A stretch of 64,000 nucleotides of DNA, from assembly GCA_965113315.1 (NCBI GenBank), contig OZ220371.1; one strand, given 5' to 3'. The first letter of the stretch is position 1. Each line of letters opens with the position of its first letter. The position numbers and the translations under genes are program-made. This DNA is from Podarcis vaucheri (lineage: Eukaryota). A model generated the notes under the pieces. It was not told the DNA's origin, made no database searches, and saw only the letters and a list, made by a program, of their open reading frames with translations. Shown here piece after piece: positions 12,932-25,516 of this stretch.

Positions 12932-15088
12932 GTAGGATTAACCACACTGCTGTAGTGGAGTTGGGGCTACCCTGTAACCCTGTAACAGATCTTTCAGCTG
13001 GAGCTGCAGAGTACCTTACTACATAATACTTTAGAAAATAAAATATACATACTTATTAAAAATAAAATAGAATTTAGTCCAAAAGGTAATTTTAAAAACT
13101 ACTTCTATCTTAATTTTCTCTCCCCTGGGGGACTAATAATCATTAGGAATCTGATTAGTTTATGAACTAAGATACATTTTCATTGAATAATCAGTAGTAC
13201 TGATACCACTTCTTAATGCTGTTTGCCCACAGGTATTTAGTCTGGAATCTATTTAAACATGCCACTGTATCTCACTAAATCATGAGTCATTATAGCAGTC
13301 TACAACTCCCTGCTGTTCATTATATTAGATGTTAGCGTGAAAGAAGTGTATAGAATAGACTTTGGCTCTGAGAGGCTGGAGGGAGGTTTTCACTACCATC
13401 AGAGTACTGAAGAATTGGAGCATTTTACACTTACCTCTTGTTCCTAGAGCCACAGTCATGCAGACATATAAAAGTGTAATATCAGTTAGATTGTCTAGTT
13501 CATGTGAGACAGTGTTTAACAACATATGACAAACTGATCAACAGAATCAAAGAGAGAACATTTTAAAGGCACACTCATTTCGTTTAATTGTTGGGAACAC
13601 TCTCAAACACATATTCACAACCATTACAGTTCTTCTGAATGTTTGGCCATGTTGCAGTAGTTAAACCTGTAGTATAGCCTATTGCTTAAATTGTTAATAT
13701 TTATAAGTTTATGAATGTTGCTTATAGTTCCCCCACAGCTTTTCTAGCCAAGCTGACTAAAATTACCTGCTTTGTTCATAATCTAATTCCTTTGTTGCTT
13801 TATTTGAAACATGGCAAAACCACACATGGGCATCAGTGCCTATACCATGCAATTCCTGTTAAAGGTGTAGAATAATGTGAGGATGAGAATCTTGACACCT
13901 CATGGGAACATGAAGGTGTTGAATTGTATGTACTATACACGGTCTGTTGTCAACACCCAGCAATATCCCACATTTAATTGCTTATATTTCTCATATATCA
14001 CACCTCTGCTCTCAGCTTCATTTATAAATCATTGCAGTGCTCTCTGAAGGGGTTTCGCTTGTGTGTGTGTTTTCTCTGATTTGCCAGTGCAGAGCCTGCT
14101 GTGACATAATATCTTTGTGTGAATTTCCTTTACTGGTGTCAATTACAGTCTAGAAACATTGTATTACATAAACAGATATGTGAAACAGGATGAGAGGGCA
14201 GTGAACTTGCATTCTGCTCAGAAGTCTTTGAGAAGTCTACAGGTGTTGATTTTAGACACTTCTTCAAAGATATTGAAGTAGTGCATTAGTAAGCAGTGTT
14301 AATAGGAAGAGGCATTTCAAGTTGTACATCCTGAAACACAAACGTGTACTGGTATATACATAAACACTACACAATGGACCAATTGTTAAACAAAATGGAC
14401 CTCTGGCTAGAAGTTAATTTCACTAATGATTCACTGTGTGGATTCAGAGAAAACAAGTATTTCACAAATTAATTTTATGTCATGGGCTGTTCCAGTGTGG
14501 TCTCATTCCATTCACAGAAAGTTGTTTTATTTGATAGAGGTTTCTATGAATGGAAGGGGAGGAAAGCTATTTTTGAAAATTCTGGTTTGTTCCCCGGATG
14601 CTACTTTTCATTCTGTTCCAAAGATTCTTCCAACCCTCTGGAGCAGATTTGGAAGATACAGAAAGAAGGATATATTGCCTCCCTGATCCTTTTAATCACA
14701 TAAATCTCTTCTGGACTTGTTCAGAGAATCCTCTGTGTACAGAAGGATACAATGCAATTTACCTTTAACAAAGGGCGATATGCCATGTTGGGGCCCCAAG
14801 TGAAATGTGCTGCTGGTAATTCAGAGGAACCTTGTGCCTTAGGGACAAAATAGGCATGCCATTAAGTATGTCAAAGGGGTAATCTTCTCCCAGGTGGACT
14901 TAGAGCAGATAGGTAGCATTTTTATGCCCAGATTCCAATGCTTGTTAATCAGATGCAGGTCCCTCACTTGGCCAGACACCACAGGGAGTAGAGATTCCTG
15001 GGTCTCTTTGCAGTGACCACAGTGCATCACACACAGGCTTGCCTTTAATCATTATTTTGAAATTTATGTTTCTACATAGTTAGGCTTT

Positions 15089-15554
15089 ACTGGTATGTTT
15101 TCTGAAGATGGGAGACAAATTGGAACATGTGTAACACCCCCCCATGTATAAGATGCCCCCTATTTTGGGGAACTAAAATTAAAGAGCTTGGGGGGGGGAG
15201 ATTGACCAGAGTTGTTGAGCTTTTTTTGGGGGGGAATGCCAAAAATCACTCAACCAACTGAAAAAAGCTAACAATCGCAAGCGACGCAAGCCAAATTGCA
15301 GAAGCAGCAGCCAATCCAAAGCAGCCCTTGCCGCATCCACTAATAACCCACCCATTTGACAAAGCATCAGCCAATCCAAAGCAGCCCTTGCAACAGACAC
15401 CATTCACCCACCCAACCACTAGATCCTGCTCGCAGATGCAACCAATCACCCACCCCCCACTCTGCACTACCCAAGTATAAGATGAACCCCCCCCCATTTT
15501 AAAATTTATTTTGGAGTAAAAAATAAACCTTGTCTAATACACAGAAAAGTATGG
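15089..15554. mobile_element. Tc1/mariner-pogo-like MITE relic with internal direct repeats
   Basis: Right end GTCTAATACACAGAAAAGTATGG|TA. Subterminal GTATAAGATG motifs near both ends. Duplicated CAGCCAATCCAAAGCAGCCCTTGC unit. Left boundary approximate. Confidence 0.6.
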
Positions 15555-16631
15555 TATGTAAGGACAAGAGATGTAAGGCCTTAGAAATCTAGAGATCTAT
15601 TATTATATGAAGTGTCAAATGCTTATCCTCAAATAAATTAAGGCATAGCTCAAAAAGAATGTCTTAGAGCTGTTAAGAATGCTCACTTGGATTAGTGATG
15701 CTTGGATTGGCACAGCAAGGTTTATACATGCTATGGTGAACACAAAAGGATTCATCCATGATAATACCAGAAAGAATACCCCAGGAGACAAAATATTTTC
15801 TCCTATTTTCCTTTCTAAAATAGACAGAACCATGACCATTCAAGACTCTTCAAATTTTGGCAAGATAGGTATGCATTTGATGAATACACAGTGATCATTA
15901 TGGTGTGTATTGCTGCTATGAGACAGGTGTGTCAGACGCCTTGAGAGAGTAAAGCTCCTATCTGCACTTGTAAAAGGGGAGAGAGCCCTCTTTCATTTAA
16001 AGTATAGAGAACAAAATCCTGGCATACACTTGACATATTAGCCCCATATACTTTCCATCTCTCGATTTTCCAATACTAAATGTGTGTCAGTGCACTGATC
16101 AAAACCCCTTCTTGTTTATATCTTTCTTGATGACTGAAATGCCTATGCATAGTATTATTTCTGTATGTAAAGTTATACAGTGTTGACAGATTCTATAGCT
16201 CTTCTGTGACATGGTGGCATAAAAACCTTTCTTCCATGACTACCAAAGAAATCACTGGGGTTAAATGACAGCGCTCCAAGAGTTATTTGTCTGTCACAGA
16301 GAACTGTAAATTGCAGCCTGTCTCCAGGATGGTGTTTAGACACATTCTGAGATTAATAGTTTTGCATAGATGCTTTGGGTTCCAAGAGATTTTGAGATGA
16401 GTTCCATCAAGAAGATCCATCCAATTTGAACTCAAGTCAAGTGTTTTTGCAAAGTTTTGGATTCTTGGCAAAGATTAGATTCCAGCTTGTGGACAAAGGC
16501 CACCTTATTTCTGCTATGAAAATAAAATAAAATAGTTATTTCCAAAATAATATACATTTTAAAATGGGATCTTCATTATGTCACAAAGTGTTACGGATTT
16601 CTTTTTGTTTGTGTATAAGACAATGTCACAT

Positions 16632-17085
16632 ACACATAACTTGAATTTTACACTTATTTTACTTACGTGATTGCAGCTTTGTGCCGGTTGTGGTTAGTAA
16701 GTAAGCAAGTAAGTAAATAATTAAATAAAAAGAATGTGGAGGAAATCCATTCTCCATTTATTATCCGCTTCACCCATGCAAAGCTGTGACTGCATCCAAG
16801 AACCTTCACACTGCCATCCCAAAGCTGGGTAAGCAAGAAGCTGGGCTTTGGGGGATGGTGCAAGCCCTCCCACCTGCTTCCCAAAGCTGGGCAAGAGTTT
16901 ACTAAGCTTTGGGAAGGTGGAGGAAAGGCTCTGGGACACTGCCAGAACCCTTGTGCCACCTTCCCAAAGCCTCCACCTTGCAGGATGGGAGGTTCTAGAG
17001 GTTCCTGGCTTTATGCATTTTGTTTTTGTTTTTGTTTATGTATGTGAACCCCAGAACCGAACCCTTGTGTAAGATGCTAGTGATG
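16632..17085. mobile_element. Tigger-like MITE relic related to 8022-8438
   Basis: Shares GGTTCCTGGCTT..CCCC(A/G)GAACCGAACCCT right arm with 8022-8438. Internal CCCAAAGC repeats. Ends degenerate. Confidence 0.55.
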
Positions 17086-17334
17086 CTAGGGACCTTAAAA
17101 AAAAGTTAAAATAAAACACCTCTTCGTGTCTTTGGTTGTACAAGTTGTGGATATGTGGCCCAGGGAGATTGCCTGATCCATTGCCACACCTAAGCCTTCA
17201 CTGAAAGTCCCCAAATCAGTAAACTTGATTAGTCCTCTATATGAGGATCATGTGACAGTCATAACTGAAATATGAAGGAAGAGACAACTCCCCAGTTCAT
17301 AAAGGTTGTTTATAGTAATGTATATGTGCAGAGA

Positions 17335-17678
17335 GGGGACGCGGGTGGCGCTGTGGGTTAAACCACAGAGCCTAGGACTTGCCGATCAGAAGGTCAGTGG
17401 TTCGAATCCCCACGATGGGGTGAGCTCCCATTGCTCAGTCCCTGCTCCTGCCAACCTAGCAGTTCGAAAGCACAATGCAAGTAGATAAATAGGTACCACT
17501 CTGATGGGAAGGTAAACGGCATTTCTGTGTGCTGCTCTGGTTTGCCAGAAGCAGCTTAGTCGTGCTGGCCACGTGATCTGGAAGCTGTACGCCGGCTCCC
17601 TTGGCCAGTAAAGCAAGATGAGCGCCGCAGCCCCAGGGTCAGGCACGACTGGACCTAATGGTCAGGGGTCCCTTTACC
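17335..17678 (+). mobile_element. Sauria SINE (tRNA-derived head, BovB-related tail)
   Basis: GGGACGCGGGTGGCGCTGTGGGTTAAACC head, B box GGTTCGAATCC, ACCTTT-type tail. 12-bp TSD TATATGTGCAGA (17321-17332, 17679-17690). Confidence 0.96.
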
Positions 17679-18212
17679 TATATGTGCAGAAGCCTCTGGG
17701 TAAATTAAGATGGTGGGTGCCTGGGGTCTGCCCTTTGCATTATGCCCTAGACTTTGGGAGCTTGAGGCTCACAGGGGAAGTAGGCAGTGTTCAGCCAAGA
17801 GTCTAAGACAAACAGAGAACACAAAGGACCTGGACCAGCTCCAAAGGGCCCTGCTAAGGCAACTATTACAGTAGTTGTTGTCTTTGCAAGCAGCTAGAGA
17901 CAACTGAAGCTTTGTGTATGCTGACCAGACCTGTAGTATGCTAGGTTCTGCTTCCCTGGAGGAACTGAATGGTTAGTTAAAAGTTCTTCACTATTTTTTT
18001 GTAGTATTTGACTTCTTAAGGCTGAGGAGACAGTGATACCCCAGGGGAGCCATTATCTCATTCAGAGGATGGCAACTGAAGTGTGTCCTCCAGTTGGAAG
18101 GGCCATGAATAAGGTACTGGTGGTTCTGCTCCCAAGGAAGCAGCCTGAACCTCATCCTTATCAGAGTCGTCCACTATGCACTGCAAGGTCTCTAGGTTAC
18201 GGGATGATGATG

Positions 18213-18352
18213 TTGATTATTAATACCCCACCCACTCTGGGCGGCTTACAGCATATATAAAAATATAGTAAAACATCAAGCATTGAAAACTTCCCGATAC
18301 AGGGCTGCCTTCAGATGTCTTCTAAACGTTGTATAGTTCTTTATCTCCTTGA
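18213..18352 (-). mobile_element. L2 LINE 3' end fragment
   Basis: ATACCCCACCCA..GGGCGGCTT..AAAACTTCCCGATACAGGGCTGCCTTCAGATGTCTTCTAAA is the reverse complement of a lizard L2 3' end. Confidence 0.7.
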
Positions 18353-18398
18353 TAAGTATTATAATTATGACAGTGCTTACCACCACTACACAAGTGAA

Positions 18399-18505
18399 GG
18401 GTTGCATTCAACTAAGTCCTACTCAGAACAGACCCACTGAAATTAATGAACCTACTGAAATTAATGCACCTAAATCAGTCGTGTCCATTAACTTCAGTGG
18501 GTCTG
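18399..18505. repeat. Short palindromic interspersed repeat (Harbinger-MITE-like relic)
   Basis: AGACCCACTGAAATTAATG..CATTAACTTCAGTGGGTCT inverted arms, plus an internal ~18-bp tandem duplication. Confidence 0.55.
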
Positions 18506-19441
18506 AACACCACTCAAAGCATTTTTAAAGAAAAAAGAAGTGAGCAAAGGGACAAAATTGAAGTCCCGCAGTAGACCTAAGGCTGCAGTCCCCTGGGCCA
18601 CCCCCTGATAAAGTCCCTATATATAAAGTCCTTATTTCACCATTCCTCCTTCCCTACCTGTGGTTAATTGAAGACTTGCAGGACAAGCTGAAGAAGGGAG
18701 ATGAGCTATCCCATGAATTTGTATCTTGAACAAAGATATGAACATCCAAACCAGGCCAACAAAGCCCATAAGCACTAATACATCAGAATGTTTTTCTTTC
18801 TGAACCAACAAGGTATTGATAATAGGCTTGTTGAATGCATGTTACATAATTCCACACTGAAGATCCAGTTAGCACAATTAGTTTTAATTAGATGGCTCTT
18901 TCTACACACAATATAAGGCTGTCTCCAATTCTTTATACAAATTTTAAAAACTTTAAAACTGAGCTTTGTTGAGTACTCACAGTTCTTATTTGCTTGAAAT
19001 GTAGCATTGGTAATGAGCTTTCCTTAAGTAAAAAATGCAAATCTGATTTTTGCATATATCAGCATTAGGCTGCATTTGCTGTTCCATTCAGGCATATCCA
19101 ACTGTCCAATTAAGATGGGTCAGAATTATTTCTTACAGCTGCTTTATAAAATCCTGCTGATTTGTAACAGATATTGTAAATCCCTGCTCTAAGACAAAGA
19201 CCGGACCCTTTAATGCACTCTGTTGCACACATGATCAGAAGCTTTCTCATCCACTTCAGTGAGTGGTGCTTCTTGTGCTGTTAATACCTAACGTAAAGGC
19301 AATACCTAGCTGGGTATTAATTATAAATCAATCTGTAACATATCTGAACTGAGCCATTTTCAGTATTAGTGCTTTAAAATGCACTCTCCTTTCCTATCTC
19401 TTTATGTATAATGTGTCAGATATTAGTGAAAATATGCTTTA

Positions 19442-20120
19442 TTTGTTGGCATTTGTCTGTCTTGAGAGACAATGGGGTGCGCCTCCAGCGGTTAAGTCAA
19501 ATCACTGTGTTAGCAGCAGCAAAGTGACCTTGCCAGGGCACAAGCCTGGGCAGTGTGTATGGAGGTCCTGGGTGGTCCAGATGACAAGACTCCCTCCCCT
19601 ACTTCAGCCACGCTGATGGGGTCCCAAGGAAATCGGAGCAATATGTTTGGCACCAGCTTGACTGTGGGAGTTGCAAGAAGAAGGTGTACATGGCCCCATC
19701 CCACTGCCTTAGGGACTTAATTCTGGATTTGTGTAGGGCTTTACTCCCGCAAGGTAGTGAAGTTTTAGGACCAGGGTTTTCTTTTTTCCTAGATGAGCCT
19801 CATTTGCCCCTCACTTCTCCCTATGGCATGTGCAGAAACCACCTTCTTGACCGCTCAATACACTGGAGCCTTTTTTCACATGCAGGGGAAATTCCTAACT
19901 CACTCAGGGTTTGAAGCCCATCAGCTACTCTCACTTGGCTTAGCTGGCCAGTTGAAGCCATTCCCGGGATGTGGCCACTGTCACGTGTTGACAGCTCCTA
20001 GGTGTCAGAGGTGAGAACTGAGTGCAAGGTGGGGACCAAAGGTGTTCAAACTACCCCAGATAGAGCATGCCATATTCTCCACCAGAGGTACTACCTCTCC
20101 CCTAACACTGCATACACCCC
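19442..20120 (-). mobile_element. Non-autonomous RTE-derived retroelement, copy 2, retaining both ends
   Basis: 12-bp TSD AAATATGCTTTA (19430-19441, 20121-20132). RTE-type 3' end ..CATTGTCTCTCAAGACAGACAAATGCCAACAAA. No RT ORF. 5' end begins GGGGTGT. Confidence 0.9.
19928..20120 (-). ncRNA. Predicted HDV-like self-cleaving ribozyme at the element 5' end (decayed copy)
   Basis: P1 GGGGTGT/ACATCCC (7 bp), GG after P1, P2 TTCTCAC/GTGAGAG, P4 TGGC/GCCA, J4/2 GCTAA, all in HDV order. G1 abuts the TSD. Confidence 0.7.
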
Positions 20121-20329
20121 AAATATGCTTTAACATGCTGACATAAATAATGTCATGTTATGTATGCCTATGAAGCACACCTGTATTTTTAACAAGAAAA
20201 TTCTTAACCCATTACACATGAAAGGCTTCTATAACAAAATGATTGGCACAGTACCAATCCAATGTATAAACTGATGCCACATAAGCTATTGACACATAAA
20301 TATCTCTATTCAGCTTTTCATTCATTTTC

Positions 20330-20382
20330 TTGTAACTTCCAGGCTTGACTGTTGTAATGTGCTTTATGTGGGGCTTCCATCA
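20330..20382 (+). mobile_element. L2 ORF2 fragment
   Basis: Translates VTSRLDCCNVLYVGLP (L2 motif SRLDYCNALYVGLP). Confidence 0.7.
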
Positions 20383-20674
20383 ATTATGCTGTAGCTCTTC
20401 TTCTGGTACTGTCAGGAAATAGGAGTATATGGGCCTTTTGTTTCAAGCTTCTGCTGCTGGAAATGAGCTTTGGGGCCTAGTTCATGGTTCACACTACCAT
20501 CAATACAAAAAACAGAATTTCAGTCTCTGTGAAACGATTAAAAGTGGAGGAAAGGAAGACAAGGTAAGAACTGGCTATATTAATACATTTAGCCACCTGT
20601 TCTATTTGGTTGGTTCCCTCAGAAAAAATACGCAGCAGGATCTGAACAGACTGATCAGGAAACTGTAACTGTAA

Positions 20675-21017
20675 AAAGGTAAAGGTACCCCGACCATAAG
20701 GTCCAGTCGCAGATGACTCTGGGGTTGCGCGCTCATCTTGCTCTATAGGCTGAGGGAGCTGGCGTTTGTCTGCAGATAGCTTCCGGGTCATTTGGCCAGC
20801 ACAACTAAGCTGCTTCTGGCAAACCAGAGCAGCACACTGAAACACCGTTTACCTTCCCGCCGGAGCGGTGCCTATTTATCTACTTGCACTTGATGTGCTT
20901 TCGAACTGCTAGGTGGGCAGGAGCTGGGACCAAACAACGGGAGCTCACCCCGCTGCCAACCTTCCAATCATCAAGCCCTTGGCTCAGTGGCTTAGACCAC
21001 AGTGCCACCCGCATTCC
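20675..21017 (-). mobile_element. Sauria SINE (second subfamily, B-box region deleted)
   Basis: AAAGGTAAAGGT tail and full body on minus. TSD GTAACTGTAA (20665-20674, 21022-21031). Confidence 0.95.
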
Positions 21018-21934
21018 ATAAGTAACTGTAATACAGTATATTGTTATAAGACCAAACCATACCCTGAGATGATGGGCTTGTATTCATCAGATTTTAATGT
21101 GAATTTGAAGACCACAAGTGTGGCTAGCCATCATGCATCCCAGTTTCTGGTCTAATCAAGGGGGTAAATTTAACAAATTGGAAGGCAAAATCAAATGCAC
21201 ACACGGTGGATTGAGTCAACACAAGGGAAGGATTACTAGTGTGGCCAGTGAGTAGAGGAATTGCAGCTCAAATAAAAGAGCTAATACTCACATGTGTGGA
21301 CTAGGAAGATGACTAGCTGGGCAGGTAGGTGGACATATTTGTTGTAACAACTTAACAACTCTCATGTGGCTTTGGAATTCTTGTTACCGTTTATGAGAGC
21401 TTCTGGGCTGTATCTTGCTCTTTCATGCCTGTGAGTCTGAATCATTAAGCTGCTTTAATACAAAATATCACTTCCTTACTCATCAGTAAGTGCACTTTTT
21501 GTCCTGTTTTGGGTTGGAGTGAGGACAGGTATTTCTCCTTACAATGACTTTTCTGACAAACATTTTATTAAGCTTTTTATTTTATTTTTGTACTTTATTT
21601 AATTGTAGGATTTCTCTCTCTTGTAAGTCCCTTTGTTGGTACTTGAATATTTAAAACAAATAAACATGTGTGTTTGACTAAATGGTGCTAAATTTCATAT
21701 GCATGCAATCATTTGCTACATATTAGGATTATCAAACACTTTTTGCAGAAGCCTAAAGAACTGAAATATTAGATCCAGCAACAAAATGAGCGCTTCTGCT
21801 TCTATTGTATTCTCTCTCACACACTCTCTGTTTCTTTAAACTGAATAACCATTCCATTTTCCCAGTGTATAGTCTTGAAAGAACAATTCAATATCTGTGT
21901 TCTGATTAGGGTATTTGGGAGGAGGAGTTCTTTA

Positions 21935-22023
21935 CAACACTATCCTATACATGTTTACTCAGAAGTTACCCAGTGAGTTCATTAGTGCTTACTCCCAGGT
22001 AAGTGAGTATAGCATCCCAGCCT
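21935..22023. repeat. Short palindromic interspersed repeat
   Basis: ATCCTATACATGTTTACTCAGAAGT..ACTCCCAGGTAAGTGAGTATAGCAT imperfect hairpin. Related copies near 25427, 27742, 30339, 33781, 38401 and 60703. Confidence 0.6.
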
Positions 22024-24169
22024 CAACCAGCATTGCATTATTCTCTGATGGTGTCCTATGGGAATGCCTGAAAATATAAGAATCACCTTTGGGATCTAAA
22101 GTTTGGCAGAACTAAGGTGCATGGAAAGAGATTAAGGATGAAGCTCAAGAGCATTGTCCAATTTTGTCCAACCATCCTCTACTATAAGACTTTACTTTTA
22201 TCTCTTTATTTGTGCTCTGAGCCAAAAAAATTCCATCAGCTTCTCAAAATGAGGACTCAATGCACAGATAAAATCTTGGCTGGATGACCGGCTTACATGA
22301 ACTCCAATCCTTCTTTAGGAACTGTTGGCATACATTGATGTGCATGAATTCAGACCTCTTTCTCGTCTGCCTTCTTCATTCTTGTGAGCACTCACCTTTG
22401 CAAATTTACAAATGCAAAGGTGGGTAAATGTTTCCAGTACTTTATTGAAATGGGATTATAGATGGAATACTATTTAACACCAAATCCTACCAATGAATTA
22501 ACTTGATACTATGTTTTTGAGTTGCAATTTAATGAGATAAACACAGAGCTGATAATTTTGGTTTAATTATTCTGAGAGAGCAAGCAATTTAAAAACAAGC
22601 ATTCTTGTGGAGTATATGTTAGATGCTTTAAATGGAAAGCATAACAAGCTTTATACAGAACTGTTAATTTGACTTCAGTGGCATATAGAGCATGAGATCC
22701 AATATTGAATAAATATGTGGAAGCAAACAGCAACTGAATGTAAGGTAGTATAGATTCAGTAAAGCTAGATTTTGCTTGATTAATATTTATCAAGAAAATG
22801 TGTTTATAGGAAATGCAGATGACCTAACCTAACCTATCTGACCTTCAAAAAACTGTGGTTGACAGGTGAAAGATGACAAAGGATTGTTTTTGAAAATAAA
22901 CCTTTAGATTACATAGAAGTCATCAGATAAGATCCTTGGGGATCATGCTTTGGGTCAATTCTATTTAATAAATTTGGTGGTTCTCATGAAGGTCCTAATA
23001 CTGCAGTCCGTTTCTAACGCAAACTTGGCAGACATGTAAACCACATTGGCAGACAGGTGGTATATAAATGGAATAGACAGGGATGGTTAACTGTATAGCC
23101 TTATGAACTGGGCTAATAGAAATGTAATTAAACTAAATTAAATAGATTTTTACTAAGGTGAGTTTGATTAATGATTATGATTATTTTTCACTATCTGTTG
23201 TCAACTGAGCAGATAAAAATAACAGAGGAAGAAGGAAACCATTAGTAATAGCCACCAGTGTCATGTGTCTTTAAAGAGAAAATGTGTAGCTATATATATA
23301 AAACATCTGTAACCATATACATGGCTTCTGGCTTGGTGCCCCCTGCCTATAATTAGAAATAACAATAAGAGGAGGAAAGAATGCTTCTGTGACCAGCATC
23401 AGCTGCAGTGCATGCACGTTGACTAAGGTGGTGATGCTGGGCCTCTTTGGTTGCTGCCACATCATTTGCTGCTCTCTGGGTGGTCCTTTGCCCTGGCCCA
23501 TGTGGCCCTAGACTTTGATTCAGAGGTCCAGCTCTAGCTGCTCTTCAGGGAATGATTTAGGCTTTCAAGAATATTTGGCAAGAAGGTAGTAACAAAACAG
23601 ACTGAAAAGAGTAAAAAATATATATAGAGACACCAGAACTGAAATATGTGGTCATGTGTATTATGTGACAATATGTATGATGATGATGATATTACCAAAT
23701 TACAACTTAATTTTGCACAGTTTTCAGTTATACATTCCTTCCCCCAATGAGAAAAGTGGTAGTTCTCCCACCATTAACAGGCAGTAGCAGGCAGAGGAAA
23801 AGTTCACAAGTCTATCATTGTCTGTATGTCCTAATTATCTAGTCATTTGAATTTGCCCTCCTAGACAGGTATGCTTTTAAAAAAAATTGCTATATAACTT
23901 GCTGTCACGTAAAAAAAAAAAGCTTTAAAATAAACGTGCATTCTTTGTAGCGTGCCTTGTCTTTCTGGGTACCAGGACTTTTCTACCCCTAGGTAGCATG
24001 AAATATCCTGCCTCAGGTAGCTGTTTTCAAGGTACTAGTTTCAGATACACAGTTTGTCTTACAGAAATAGTCTGAACATTTCTGAAACACTGATAAGCAT
24101 GACATTAAACTAGAGAGTTTGGAGAGAGACATTTTCCGCAGTTCAAAGTTTATTGTTAATTGGTTAAAT

Positions 24170-24554
24170 AAGAGGTTACCAACCTTTTTGGGCCTGTGGG
24201 CAACTTTGCAGTATACACAATGTGTACACCACAACTAGGAATGCCATACATCGGGGTTCTGGACACATCCGAGAATAGCTTAGAAAAATGGCATCCGGGT
24301 GGATTTTTGCTGAATCAGCAAAATGTTCTGGAAAATCCAGACATATGGCAAGTTGGGCTATTTTTTTATAAAGAAATTCTGGGAAAAAAATCAAAGGATA
24401 TTTTTGGAATATGGCAACCCTAACCATAAACTGTTGTATTGGTTGCGATAAAATGTTTCTTTGAAATCTGAATTCAGGGGTGGGGTGCTGCGAGTTCCAG
24501 GGAAGGCTTTTGCAGGCGCATGGGCATCCATGGGTGCTGTGTTAGTGACGCCTG
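24170..24554. mobile_element. hAT (Charlie-like) MITE relic, host of a nested insertion
   Basis: CCAACCTTTTTGGGCCTGTGGGCA left arm and GGGTGCTGTGTTAGTGACGCCTG right arm. Ends degenerate. Confidence 0.55.
24236..24422. mobile_element. Nested hAT MITE with TAGGGTTGCCATA-type TIR
   Basis: TAGGAATGCCATA / TATGGCAACCCTA termini. Imperfect 8-bp TSD ACCACAAC / ACCATAAA. Confidence 0.65.
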
Positions 24555-25426
24555 AGTAAAATTAATACCGATGAGTGCAGCTTAACATTGATCCACAAAG
24601 ACAAGGGTTGTACTAGATAAGAATTAGCATAAATTGGGGAAGCTTTATAACATATAAACATGGGCCTCCAGGGTTTTCAGTTTAAATTGTGTGATTTACC
24701 ACTTAAGTTATCTGAACAGAGAAGTGTTGGAATTAGATTTGCAGCCAAACCACTTGAGTCACTGTTGCCTTTGAACTCAACTGGAATATAACACAGCTGT
24801 TGCTTTTGTAGCTCTTCACAGTAGGTTTCCTGTGCTGACAAGCTGAACAACTTGTTTTCACCCACAGTATTCAGAAACTTGTAGTAACTTCAGTAGTATA
24901 ACAATTAAATGTGAATGTAGTGTCATTTAACTTGTGATACTACAGGCCCACATTATCACTGCAGGTTTGGTTTTTTTTAAAGCAGAAGTGTGACTCCTGC
25001 TTTCCCACTGGAGCTCTTAAGACTAGTTTTGTGTTGATGCTATGTGATAGGACAGGTCGCTTCAAAAGTATGTAATAAGCTATCGCTGGTTCTTTTTGAG
25101 ATGTCAGATACCTACTTTATTATAGCAAGAAAATGACAGTCAATTTCAATCAGAATTTATTGCGAACATTAAGAGCTGGAAGGACTTTGGCTAATCATTA
25201 TAATGTCCCCAACAAATGGTAAATGAAAGCATAAGGAAATTGAGTTAACACAAGTTAAAAGTTCACATTCTTACTGAATTATATTAGAAGACCCATGACT
25301 TAATTAAATTATCTGAAACTGCTGGTTTCACTTCTCTTATAACAGCACATTTGTATGATAGTTTCCTGGTAGATGCATAATAGGTGGCAGGCTTGCTTGG
25401 TTTATGTACAAAGAATAGATAATTTA

Positions 25427-25516
25427 GGCTGAAATCCTTCATCCAATTACCTGAGAGTAAGCTCTGTTGAAGCCAGTACAACTTACTTTTGAGTTAACAT
25501 GTATAGGATCGTACTG
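25427..25516. repeat. Short palindromic interspersed repeat
   Basis: ATCC..TTACCTGAGAGTAAG..CTTACTTTTGAGTTAACATGTATAGGAT, opposite orientation to the 21935 copy. Confidence 0.55.

Noticed and set aside
17335-17410. tRNA-like A/B boxes
   Set aside because: These are SINE heads, not tRNA genes. No cloverleaf.
21042-21543. Possible solo LTR (TGT..ACA, ~500 bp)
   Set aside because: No TSD and no second copy, so it cannot be supported without a database search.
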